From positions 1,184,001 to 1,248,000 of the forward strand of contig CAWDEM010000004.1 of assembly GCA_963801355.1 (NCBI GenBank): a stretch of 64,000 bases of DNA, given 5' to 3'. This document shows, piece after piece, positions 50,747-59,764 of this stretch. Origin of the DNA: Ignavibacteriota bacterium. GTDB lineage: Bacteria; Bacteroidota; Ignavibacteria; UBA10030; UBA6906. A model generated the notes under the pieces. It did no database searches. It was not told where the DNA came from and was given only the letters and a program-made list of their open reading frames with translations. Position numbers and translations under genes: made by a program. Each line of letters opens with the position of its first letter. Within the stretch, counting starts at the first letter, position 1.

Positions 50747-53104
50747 ATGATCGTTGCGGCATTCCTGATATCGGCGGTGCTCTCAACAGCTGCGGCTGGA
50801 CAGGAGTCCATGATTATTCTGAATAATCACCATGTGCGCCTTGAAGTGCGGCATGCTGAAGGTGCCTGGCGGGAGACCTACTCGGCATGGGCTGCGGGCG
50901 AATGGCACACGCTGCTCGTGGCAGGGCATGCGCGTCGACCGGAGCCCTCCCTGATGCTCAACGGCAGACCCTGGGAGCCGGGGTTCTCGCAGGCTGTCCG
51001 GCACACTCTGCCCAACGGCGATCAGTCAGTGCTGCTCACCGCCGGGAACTCCGGAATCCGCCTCACAAAGCGTGTGATACTGCATGGCGGGGAAGACTAT
51101 TTCCGTGTGGAGGTGACCTGTGCCGTTACCGCACCGACCGGCGTCTCCCACATTCTCTCGACATACGCGTTTGTTCCTGACGGCGCAACTGAACCACACC
51201 GGTGTTTCCCCGACTTTGTCTTTACGCCGCAATTGCGGCCGGAAGAAGGGGATGTGATAGGCGACCACACATTCCGCTCGCCTGCCCTCATCCTGCAGAG
51301 GGAGACCCGTTTTGCGGCACTGGTCCCCGACATCACGGCAATCGACGTCCGCGACCGGCGCATCCAGAGCGGAGCAGATGTCCGCGTGGATTCCGGTTCT
51401 GTGCCGATGCTGTCCTATGGCCTCCTCCCATGGGTGAAGCGCGCACATGTCTACTACAGCCATGCCGACAGCATGGCTGTGCAACTCCAGGATACCACCG
51501 TGCGTTTCGGGTATTCCCTCTTTCTCCGGGCCGATGCGCCAGAGCAGTCCGGCTACCGGGAGGTCGTCCGCTTTCTCTGGGAGGAGTTCGGGACAAAATC
51601 ACTCGCCGCCGGTGCGGGCCCCCAGCAGGAGCCCTTCTCCTCCTACATCCACAAGGCGTGGTACAACTATCTTCCGCAGGTCGCTCTCGATACGGTGTAC
51701 AACGGTACACCGGTGACGTTGCTCCGGCAGGGTCGGCTGGCGTGGAGCAACAAGCTCCCTTCCACCGCGGACAATGACACATGGTTCAATGTGTGGTTCA
51801 ATGCGTTACGGACCGCCTACGGGATGTCTCTGTGGGGTACCGCGAGCCGGGATCGGCAGCTGGCCGAACAAGCGGAACGCGTGCTGAATCTTGCCCTCGC
51901 TGCTCCGAACCCGGGCGGGGTCGCCCCCTCCATTTTCTATATGGACAGCGCCGGCGGACACTGGGTTGCGGACCACGCGTGGGGGGGAATTCGTAACGGC
52001 GAGTACTATGCGATGTTCCACAATGCGTGGACAGGCTACTGGCTGCTGCAGTGGTCCGATCTCGTCCCTGCGCGACGGCCGGAGATTTTGACGTATACCC
52101 GTCGATGTGCAGATTTCCTTTGCGCACATCAGAGACCGGGAGGTGTTATTCCGTCCTGGTATCATCCCGAGTCGCTGGAACCGGCCCCGGAGTTTCGCGA
52201 CGAAAATGCCGAAACGGCGGGCGCAGCACTCTTTCTTGCAGAACTTGCGCGCCGCACAGATGAACCCCGATATCGTAACGCCGCGGTGAAAGCGATGGAC
52301 TACATCCTTCACGACATCGTCCCCGGTCACAAGTGGTTCGACTTCGAGACCTTCTTTTCATGTTCCCGAAAACCCCTGGGCTTTTTCGATCAATTCACCC
52401 ATCAGCATCCTCAAAATACATTGTCAATGCATCAAGCGGCTGAAGCCTGCCTTGCTCTGGAAGACCTGACGGGAAAGCGGATGTACAGAGACCGGGGGGA
52501 AGAAATCCTCGACTATCTATGCCTGTACCAGCAGGTCTGGAGCCCGCGATGGCTTTCGTGCCCCCTCTTCGGAGGGTTTGGCGTTCAGAATACCGACGGT
52601 GAGTGGAGTGATTCGCGGCAGGCGTACTTCGCCGTCACGCTGATGCGCTATTATCAACGCACCGGGCGGCGAGAGTATTGCGAGCGGGCGGTTGCAGCAT
52701 TGCGTGCACAGTTCTCCCTGTTTGAATCTCCCGAGTCGCCCAGGACAGCCGAAAACTACGCACATTCTGCAGTGGACAAGCTTGCCGGCGTGACCGGACT
52801 GCACTGGGGCACGGGCAGTGCCGTCGTCTCGATCCATCTGCTCGCGCCGCAATACGGTGACGCCTATGTGAACCTGCAAGGAGAATGGGGGGTGGGCATT
52901 GATGGGTGTACAATAGAAAGTGTTGCTCTGGATGGGACGGCACTCCGGGTGCACATCAGGGATGACGTCCATACTCCGCGCGCAATCCGCATCGTCTGCG
53001 CTGAGCCGCTGCTCGCACAGTATCGACTGACGGTGAACGGCAAGGACCAGGGTGATGTGCCGGCAGAGGTCCTGCGTGAAGGGACCATGGTGAATATTCC
53101 GTGA
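50747..53104 (+). CDS. Secreted protein with C-terminal (alpha/alpha)-toroid domain, glycosidase/epimerase-like
   Basis: Signal peptide; helical-hairpin repeats (ADFLCAHQ..GG, LAELARRTDEPRY, YYQRTGRREY); GGFGVQNTDGEWSDSRQ. Confidence 0.6.
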   Translation: MIVAAFLISAVLSTAAAGQESMIILNNHHVRLEVRHAEGAWRETYSAWAAGEWHTLLVAGHARRPEPSLMLNGRPWEPGFSQAVRHTLPNGDQSVLLTAGNSGIRLTKRVILHGGEDYFRVEVTCAVTAPTGVSHILSTYAFVPDGATEPHRCFPDFVFTPQLRPEEGDVIGDHTFRSPALILQRETRFAALVPDITAIDVRDRRIQSGADVRVDSGSVPMLSYGLLPWVKRAHVYYSHADSMAVQLQDTTVRFGYSLFLRADAPEQSGYREVVRFLWEEFGTKSLAAGAGPQQEPFSSYIHKAWYNYLPQVALDTVYNGTPVTLLRQGRLAWSNKLPSTADNDTWFNVWFNALRTAYGMSLWGTASRDRQLAEQAERVLNLALAAPNPGGVAPSIFYMDSAGGHWVADHAWGGIRNGEYYAMFHNAWTGYWLLQWSDLVPARRPEILTYTRRCADFLCAHQRPGGVIPSWYHPESLEPAPEFRDENAETAGAALFLAELARRTDEPRYRNAAVKAMDYILHDIVPGHKWFDFETFFSCSRKPLGFFDQFTHQHPQNTLSMHQAAEACLALEDLTGKRMYRDRGEEILDYLCLYQQVWSPRWLSCPLFGGFGVQNTDGEWSDSRQAYFAVTLMRYYQRTGRREYCERAVAALRAQFSLFESPESPRTAENYAHSAVDKLAGVTGLHWGTGSAVVSIHLLAPQYGDAYVNLQGEWGVGIDGCTIESVALDGTALRVHIRDDVHTPRAIRIVCAEPLLAQYRLTVNGKDQGDVPAEVLREGTMVNIP

Positions 53105-54138
53105 ACAGGACGCGGAGGCAATGCATGGTGTGGAGAACAACGTGGCTCGTGGCGGGTCTGGCATGCTGCCTGGCATGCACATCCGCACAAGAGAGCACGA
53201 TATATATGGCGATCTTGAGCTCGCGCGCACACCAGTGGAATCGCGCCGATAACCCGGCCATCGGGCTCTTCGCAAGCACCGACCGGGGAGCGACCTGGCA
53301 ACATATGGGATGGCGCGAATATATCCGCACCTTCTATTCTGTTGAGGGCGCAGACGGCACACTCTGGAGTGCATGCGGCAATGGGGTGCTCCGTTCAACG
53401 GACGGAGGGTCGAGCTGGAAAGTGACCACAGGCTGGGAAGTGACGGAAGTGCTGAAGATTGCGGTGGACCCGCATCGTCCGGCGACTGTGTTTGCGGCGA
53501 CAGCTTACGGTCCCATCGCCACAACCGATGGCGGCGAGACCTGGGCGTTTCGCAGAAACGGCCTCTCACGGTGGTTCGCCGCCGACGTCTGCATTGACCG
53601 GAATCGGAGTGAACGCGTGCTGGTTGCATCGGAGACTGGAGTCCTGATGAGCATCGACGGGGGACACCGCTGGCGGCCGACATCGCTCAAAGGGAAGGAT
53701 ATCCGGACAATCGTTCAGGATCCCTCGGGTGATGGACATTTCTGGGCCGGTACGGAAGAGCATGGCATCTGGACCTCCTCGGACGGCGGGGCGACATGGC
53801 ATTCCGCAAGCCGGGGCCTCGCGCATAAGACAGTCTATTGTCTCGTCTTCGATCCGGACGATCCGACCCGGATGTACGCCGGAACGCATGACGGAGGCGT
53901 CTATCGATCATCCGATCACGGTAAGAGCTGGGCGCAATGCTCTCACGGACTGACAAATCTTGTCGTTCATTCACTGGTCGTGCTGCCCGGCGAGCGGCCG
54001 GCGGTGTTTGCGGGAACATTGAACGATGGGCTGTTTCAAAGCACAAACGGCGGCGGAACATGGACATTCAACAGCCAGCCCGAAGCCCAGGTCTGGGGGT
54101 TGAGCACAGGCAAGGGGATCAGGAGGGGAGCGCGATGA
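53101..54138 (+). CDS. BNR/Asp-box beta-propeller lipoprotein, copy 1
   Basis: Lipobox-like LAC; seven S/T-x-D/N-x-G-x-x-W repeats. Confidence 0.85.
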   Translation: MNRTRRQCMVWRTTWLVAGLACCLACTSAQESTIYMAILSSRAHQWNRADNPAIGLFASTDRGATWQHMGWREYIRTFYSVEGADGTLWSACGNGVLRSTDGGSSWKVTTGWEVTEVLKIAVDPHRPATVFAATAYGPIATTDGGETWAFRRNGLSRWFAADVCIDRNRSERVLVASETGVLMSIDGGHRWRPTSLKGKDIRTIVQDPSGDGHFWAGTEEHGIWTSSDGGATWHSASRGLAHKTVYCLVFDPDDPTRMYAGTHDGGVYRSSDHGKSWAQCSHGLTNLVVHSLVVLPGERPAVFAGTLNDGLFQSTNGGGTWTFNSQPEAQVWGLSTGKGIRRGAR

Positions 54139-55958
54139 GGAATTCCCGGAGACTTCGGTGGGGACGCACGGCCGGCTGGGTACTCACGGCTGGAATGGCC
54201 CTCGGCATGCTCACGACGGCACACGCGGTTGGAGGCCCGGTGGATTCCGCGTTTGATGCGCGGTGCGCGCGGGTCCTCGAGGTTGCCGCAGGCGAATCGG
54301 AGTATAACCTTCTCACTATTGCCGCAAAGCTCAGAACGGGTCATGATGTGCCCCAGGCGTATCACATCCTCGATTCATTGACACACGACCGGGCGATGGG
54401 AGGGATGTTCTACTGCTACACGCTGATCGGCCTGTATCTCCACACGCGCGACGTGCTCCCCGATTCGCTCGTCCGGCAAATCCGCGAGGCATTCAGGGTG
54501 CGCACGATGTACCGGGGGGATACGGAGAACCACTGGGTGATGTACTACACAGGGATGTATCTCGCGTCACAGACGTGGCCGGATGACCCCGGCACCATGT
54601 GGTTCAACGGCAGGAGTTCCGCGGAGAATTTCGCCGAAGCCCGCGCGTGGCTCGAGTACTGGATGAATATCACCAGCACCATCGGACAGGGCGAATTCGA
54701 TTCACCCACATACATGACCGTGTTTGTCGCACCCATGCTTGTCCTTCACGAGTTTGCCCTGGACGGCACAATGAAGAAGCGCGCGGGGATGATGGTGGAT
54801 CTGTTGCTGGCGGACTTCGCTGCGGAGCATCTGGAGGGGAGTTATGGCGGGGGACACAGCAGGGATTATCCTGAAGACATCATCAACCCGCTCGGCGCGC
54901 CGAGTACGATGTGGGCCTGGCTCTATTTCGGTCGTCCGCAATTCGAGCAGTGGAATGAAGTGCGGTATCGCCCGCGGCATCGCGGATCGTGGGAAACGGT
55001 GTTCGCCGCCTTGAGCAGCTACCGGCTCCCCCAGGTCATCGAGCACATGGCTTGTGACCGCACGCAGCCGTACGTACACCGGGAGAAGAAACGCACCCGC
55101 AACATCATCCGGTTCCAGAGTGAGAAGAATATGCCGGTGTACAAGTACACGTTCATGACGAAGGACTTTGTCCTGGGATCCCTCCAGGGCGGAATTCTGC
55201 AGCCGATCCAGCAGCACACATGGGATGTCACGTTTGCTACGCCTGAACCCAACAACACCCTCTTTACACTCCATCCGTACGCCTCCGGACATGAGCTGGC
55301 GATGTTTTTTCCGGAGGAACAGGCATTTCTTGCCGCCGAAGTCGATCGCTACCATAAGGTATACACCAGTCCCGACAAATGGAACTCCAGCTCGCCCTTC
55401 GAACAAACGTTTCAGCATCGCGGATCGCTCATCGTCCTGTACAATATCGAAGCGGGTACGCAGCAACCCCATATCGATGGTTTCTTCCCGGCAAATCTCG
55501 ATGAGCGCACGGAAGACCGGTCCGGCTGGATATTCTGCCGCAAAGGCCGGGTCTATATCGGGGTGTATCCTCTCGCGCCGTATACATGGATCAAAGAGGA
55601 CGTGGACTGGCGCTTTCGCAGTAGTGTTCTCCGCAACGGTGTGATTGTTGAGGTCTCTTCACAGTCCGAGGCCGGATCGTTCGAGAAATTCACCAGGGAG
55701 TTGCGGAGCCGGAAACCTGACACACGCGATTTCAACACGACGCTCACCGCCGCGTTCACAGCGCGGGACGGCAAGCGGATGCAGTTCACGTTCGGCGGGA
55801 AGCGCCTGCTCGACGGCCGCCCGGTGGCATTCCCGGTCGACAGACTGTTTGACGGGCGGTGGATGCAAAGCACCGTGGGGACCGGCGTGATCCGGATGAC
55901 CGACGGCGTCAGGACGCGCACACTGGACTTCCCCCGCGCGCAGGTCACAGACAACTAA
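54135..55958 (+). CDS. Secreted helical-toroid + beta-domain protein of unknown function, copy 1
   Basis: Signal peptide; RGDTENHW, GQGEFDSPTY, LQGGILQPIQQHTW and SPFEQTFQH; architecture reminiscent of heparinase II/III-type proteins (inference). Confidence 0.65.
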   Translation: MRNSRRLRWGRTAGWVLTAGMALGMLTTAHAVGGPVDSAFDARCARVLEVAAGESEYNLLTIAAKLRTGHDVPQAYHILDSLTHDRAMGGMFYCYTLIGLYLHTRDVLPDSLVRQIREAFRVRTMYRGDTENHWVMYYTGMYLASQTWPDDPGTMWFNGRSSAENFAEARAWLEYWMNITSTIGQGEFDSPTYMTVFVAPMLVLHEFALDGTMKKRAGMMVDLLLADFAAEHLEGSYGGGHSRDYPEDIINPLGAPSTMWAWLYFGRPQFEQWNEVRYRPRHRGSWETVFAALSSYRLPQVIEHMACDRTQPYVHREKKRTRNIIRFQSEKNMPVYKYTFMTKDFVLGSLQGGILQPIQQHTWDVTFATPEPNNTLFTLHPYASGHELAMFFPEEQAFLAAEVDRYHKVYTSPDKWNSSSPFEQTFQHRGSLIVLYNIEAGTQQPHIDGFFPANLDERTEDRSGWIFCRKGRVYIGVYPLAPYTWIKEDVDWRFRSSVLRNGVIVEVSSQSEAGSFEKFTRELRSRKPDTRDFNTTLTAAFTARDGKRMQFTFGGKRLLDGRPVAFPVDRLFDGRWMQSTVGTGVIRMTDGVRTRTLDFPRAQVTDN

Positions 55959-55964
55959 GAGGAA

Positions 55965-56969
55965 ATGATGATCCGACGGAGTTCACTCTTTGCCTTGATT
56001 CTGACGGCGTGGACCACAGTCCAGCTCTCCGCGCAGGAATCAACGGTCTATTGTTCCATTGTCGCCACGAAGCTGTTCGTCGTTGGGGCTGCCAACCCGC
56101 GGACGGGCGTGCATCTGCAGCATCCTTCCGCGGATACCGGTTGGACGCACGTCGGACCGAACAACATTCGTGCGTTCGGTGTGGCGGTGCATCCGGGCAC
56201 GGGGCAGCAGATCATTTATATCGCATCCGGCAACGGCCTGCACAAATCATCTGACGGGGGGAAAACGTGGCGGATCACCACAGGCTGGAACATCACCGAA
56301 GTGCTGAACGTCTGTCCTGATCCGCGGGACGTGCAGACAGTCTATCTGGCCTGCGCATACGGCATATTCCGCAGCACGGACGGGTGCTCCTCCTGGAAGG
56401 AATGCAACACCGGGATTGCGAGCAAGTTCACGACCTGCGTGCTTGTCGATCACGCACGGCCAGAAATCGTCTACTGCGCGTCCGAAGACGGTGCCTACAA
56501 GAGCACCAACAGCGGCGAGTCCTGGTCACGGATGGGATTGAGTGTCGCCGGTGTCCGCACCATTGCCCAGCACCCGACGGACCCGGATGTTCTCATGGTG
56601 GGGACCGAGAACAACGGCTTGTATGTTTCCACCAACGGGGGCAGGTGGTGGAACAAATGCGAATCGGGCATCGATCATCCGACGTTCTACACGATCGCGT
56701 TCGATCCCGGGCGTCCTTCCACGATCTACGCCGCCGGATATGTCACCGGCGTGTACAAGTCCACCGACAGCGGCGGCACGTGGAAGCGCATGAACAACGG
56801 TCTTGATGTGCTGACCTTCCATTCCATCGCCGTGGACCCGCGGAACAGCGCGCGCGTGTATGCAGGAGCCTATTGGGGAGGTATCTACAGATCCGATGAT
56901 GGGGCGGCATCCTGGCGGAGAACCGGCGTTGCGGACTCCCAGGTGTGGACTGTCGTCATTCACCCGTAA
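55965..56969 (+). CDS. BNR/Asp-box beta-propeller secreted protein, copy 2
   Basis: Signal peptide; Asp-box repeats; shares W+.TTGW..TEVL with copy 1. Confidence 0.85.
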   Translation: MMIRRSSLFALILTAWTTVQLSAQESTVYCSIVATKLFVVGAANPRTGVHLQHPSADTGWTHVGPNNIRAFGVAVHPGTGQQIIYIASGNGLHKSSDGGKTWRITTGWNITEVLNVCPDPRDVQTVYLACAYGIFRSTDGCSSWKECNTGIASKFTTCVLVDHARPEIVYCASEDGAYKSTNSGESWSRMGLSVAGVRTIAQHPTDPDVLMVGTENNGLYVSTNGGRWWNKCESGIDHPTFYTIAFDPGRPSTIYAAGYVTGVYKSTDSGGTWKRMNNGLDVLTFHSIAVDPRNSARVYAGAYWGGIYRSDDGAASWRRTGVADSQVWTVVIHP

Positions 56970-56978
56970 TCGAAGAGC

Positions 56979-58820
56979 ATGACTATGAACGTCACTATAC
57001 ACGCAAACGCTATTCTCACTCTCGGTCTTCTCATCTGTTGCTCCGTGGCTCCTGCGCAGGCGCAGAGCAGGCAGGAATCCCTGAAGTCTTTTGAGCAACG
57101 TGCACAGTATATTGTCTCCGCGTATGACACCTCCACGGCCCTGAGCTATACCGTCGTTGCCGCGCGCTATGCAACCGGGAATAACATCCGCCTGGCTGAC
57201 AGTATGTTTCAGACGCAGCTTCGTGATTGCCGCGGGGACATGTTCTGGATGTATCCGGTGATTGGTGCGTATCTGCATGGAAAGGACAAAATGTCCGCCG
57301 CCACGCGAAAGGCGGTGCGGAACGCATGGAAAACCTATGCGCCATACAGGGGTGACACGGAAAACCACTGGGCAATGTACTATGCCTCGCTTTTCCTCGC
57401 GGCCGAGCAGTGGCCCGGGTTGCCCGGGTCGGAGTGGTTCAACGGGAAGAGTTCCGATGAGAACCTGGCGGAGGCCCGCGGATATATCGAACACTGGACG
57501 CGCATCACCACAACGATAGGTCAGGGTGAATTCGACAGTCCGGACTATTTCCCTGAATACGCCGTCTCCATGTCTCTCCTGGCTGACTTTGCCATGGATC
57601 CCGCAATGCGGACCCGCGGGTCCATGATGATGGACTACCTGCTCGCGGATTTTGCCGCCGATCATCTTGACGGGCAATACCTCGGCGGCTACAGCCGCAT
57701 CTACCAGCCCGCGGTCTTCACACCATTGCTTTCCGGTGCGTCGGCTTTTGCGTATCTGTTCTTCGGCACGGGGGAGCCGACCCAGAGTTCCTGGGCGTTC
57801 CTGCCGGCCGCCGGCAAGTATCGCATGCCGGATATCATCTACAGAATTGCCACTGACCGTTCGACACCGTATCTGCACAAAGAGCGGAAACGCGTGCGGA
57901 ACGTCATCCGCTTCGGCAGCGAAATGAATCCACCGGTCTACAAGCAAACGTATGTCACCGCAGACTACGGCCTGGGGGCCCTGCAGGGGGGTATTCTTCA
58001 ACCTATTCAGCAACACACCTGGGGCGTCCGGTTCCTCAGCGGGAAGCCTACCACAACCATCTTCGGCTTGCACCCGTACTGGTCAGCATATGAGCTGGGA
58101 TTGTTCTTTCCGGAGGAGCTTAAGCCGCTCATTGCGGATGTGACACTGTCGAAGGGAACCTACAACAATCCTGACAAGTGGACGGGGGGCTCGCCGTTTG
58201 AACGCACGTTCCAGCACAACAACACGCTCCTGGTGCTCTATGATATTGCGCCCGGCACAACAACAGAACACATTGACGGCTTCTTCCCGGGCAGCCTGGA
58301 ACAACGCCTGGTCGACCCATCCGGTTGGATTTTCTGTAAAGCCGGCCGGACGTTCATCGGATGGTTTCCGCTCCAGGGATATGTCTGGATGGAGGAGCGT
58401 GAGACCCCGGCACAGGCCAAGAACGCCATCGGTCGTCCGGAGAATATTCCGCCCGGTCAGTCCGTCGTGCACTGGCGCCTCCGGAGCCACCATCCCCAGA
58501 ACGGCTACGTCATTGAAGTGCGGTCCGCTTCGGAGGTGGCCACGTTTGAACGGTTTTGTGAGGGGTTGCGGAAACACCTCCCCCGTGCGACGCTTGAGCC
58601 GGGTCACGTCAGCGTTGAGTACGTCACGCTGGAGAATCACCGGATGCAGTTCGCGTTTCCCGAGAGCCGGATCCTGGACGGGAATACGGTCGATCTGTCA
58701 CGCTACCGGTTGTTCGAAGGGCCTTTTCTCAACGCCGATGTGGGCAGCCAGCGGTTGCTGATGACTTACAAGGACAAGAGACGACTGCTCGACTTCACAA
58801 CTCTGCAAGTGACCGAATGA
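56979..58820 (+). CDS. Secreted helical-toroid + beta-domain protein of unknown function, copy 2
   Basis: Clear paralog of 54135-55958 with the same motifs in the same order. Confidence 0.65.
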   Translation: MTMNVTIHANAILTLGLLICCSVAPAQAQSRQESLKSFEQRAQYIVSAYDTSTALSYTVVAARYATGNNIRLADSMFQTQLRDCRGDMFWMYPVIGAYLHGKDKMSAATRKAVRNAWKTYAPYRGDTENHWAMYYASLFLAAEQWPGLPGSEWFNGKSSDENLAEARGYIEHWTRITTTIGQGEFDSPDYFPEYAVSMSLLADFAMDPAMRTRGSMMMDYLLADFAADHLDGQYLGGYSRIYQPAVFTPLLSGASAFAYLFFGTGEPTQSSWAFLPAAGKYRMPDIIYRIATDRSTPYLHKERKRVRNVIRFGSEMNPPVYKQTYVTADYGLGALQGGILQPIQQHTWGVRFLSGKPTTTIFGLHPYWSAYELGLFFPEELKPLIADVTLSKGTYNNPDKWTGGSPFERTFQHNNTLLVLYDIAPGTTTEHIDGFFPGSLEQRLVDPSGWIFCKAGRTFIGWFPLQGYVWMEERETPAQAKNAIGRPENIPPGQSVVHWRLRSHHPQNGYVIEVRSASEVATFERFCEGLRKHLPRATLEPGHVSVEYVTLENHRMQFAFPESRILDGNTVDLSRYRLFEGPFLNADVGSQRLLMTYKDKRRLLDFTTLQVTE

Positions 58821-59764
58821 AACCGTTGCCCCGCCCGTCGATCGACGTAGTTGTCGCAGGGGTCGCCCTGGCAGATGTCATTGGCCGGCCGATCGACCTC
58901 CGTCGTCCGCCTCCTCAGGGAGGGCTGCAGCTGCTGGAATCGGTGACGCTGACGACCGGGGGAAACGTCTCGAATTCGGGCATCGATCTGGCAAAGCTGG
59001 GATTCCGGGTCGCAGCCATCACCCGCATCGGCGATGATACACTCGGCGAATTCATCCTGAACGAATACAGGCGGCACAAGCTGCGGACTGAGGGTGTGGT
59101 GGTGGACTCTCGCATGCAGACCTCAGCCACATTTGTGGCAGTGGACGCACAGGGTGAACGTACCTTCCTGCACACCCGGGGTTGTCTGGAGAGGTTCGGC
59201 AAGGGTGACATTGTCAAAGGGCTCCCCATTATTCGCCGGGCGAGGGTTTTTGCGTTCGGGTATCTGGGGCTTCTGCACGAAATCGAGGAGGACCTGCCGT
59301 ACATCTGCGCGCACGTAAAGAAACGCACCGGCGCGGGGGTTCTCGTCGATACAGGCGGCAATCCGCGTTATGCACCAGCTCTCATGCGACGGCTCTTGCC
59401 CTTCGTCGATTACTTCATACCGTCTCACGATGAGGCCGCCGTGCTCACCCGCGAACAGAAGCCCGAGAACATCGTCCGCCGTTTGCGCCACTGGGGTGCA
59501 TCCGGCGTGGTGGGGGTGAAGCTCGGCGCCGATGGATGCTACATGACAAGCCCCGGGGGCGCGGCATTTGTCCCCCCGGTGCGGGTGCGACACGTCGTCG
59601 ATGCCACAGGGGCGGGCGATGCCTTCATCGCAGGGTTTCTGGCCGCCACACTCAAGGGGTACACACCCATCGAAGCCGCCCGCGTGGCAAATGCCGTTGC
59701 CGCAAGCTGTGTCACCGCCGTCGGTGCTTCCACTGCCATCCGTCCATTCACAGAGTACATATGA
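58817..59764 (+). CDS. PfkB-family carbohydrate kinase
   Basis: GGNVSN, IGDD..G, VKLGADG and DATGAGDAF motifs. Confidence 0.93.
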   Translation: MKPLPRPSIDVVVAGVALADVIGRPIDLRRPPPQGGLQLLESVTLTTGGNVSNSGIDLAKLGFRVAAITRIGDDTLGEFILNEYRRHKLRTEGVVVDSRMQTSATFVAVDAQGERTFLHTRGCLERFGKGDIVKGLPIIRRARVFAFGYLGLLHEIEEDLPYICAHVKKRTGAGVLVDTGGNPRYAPALMRRLLPFVDYFIPSHDEAAVLTREQKPENIVRRLRHWGASGVVGVKLGADGCYMTSPGGAAFVPPVRVRHVVDATGAGDAFIAGFLAATLKGYTPIEAARVANAVAASCVTAVGASTAIRPFTEYI

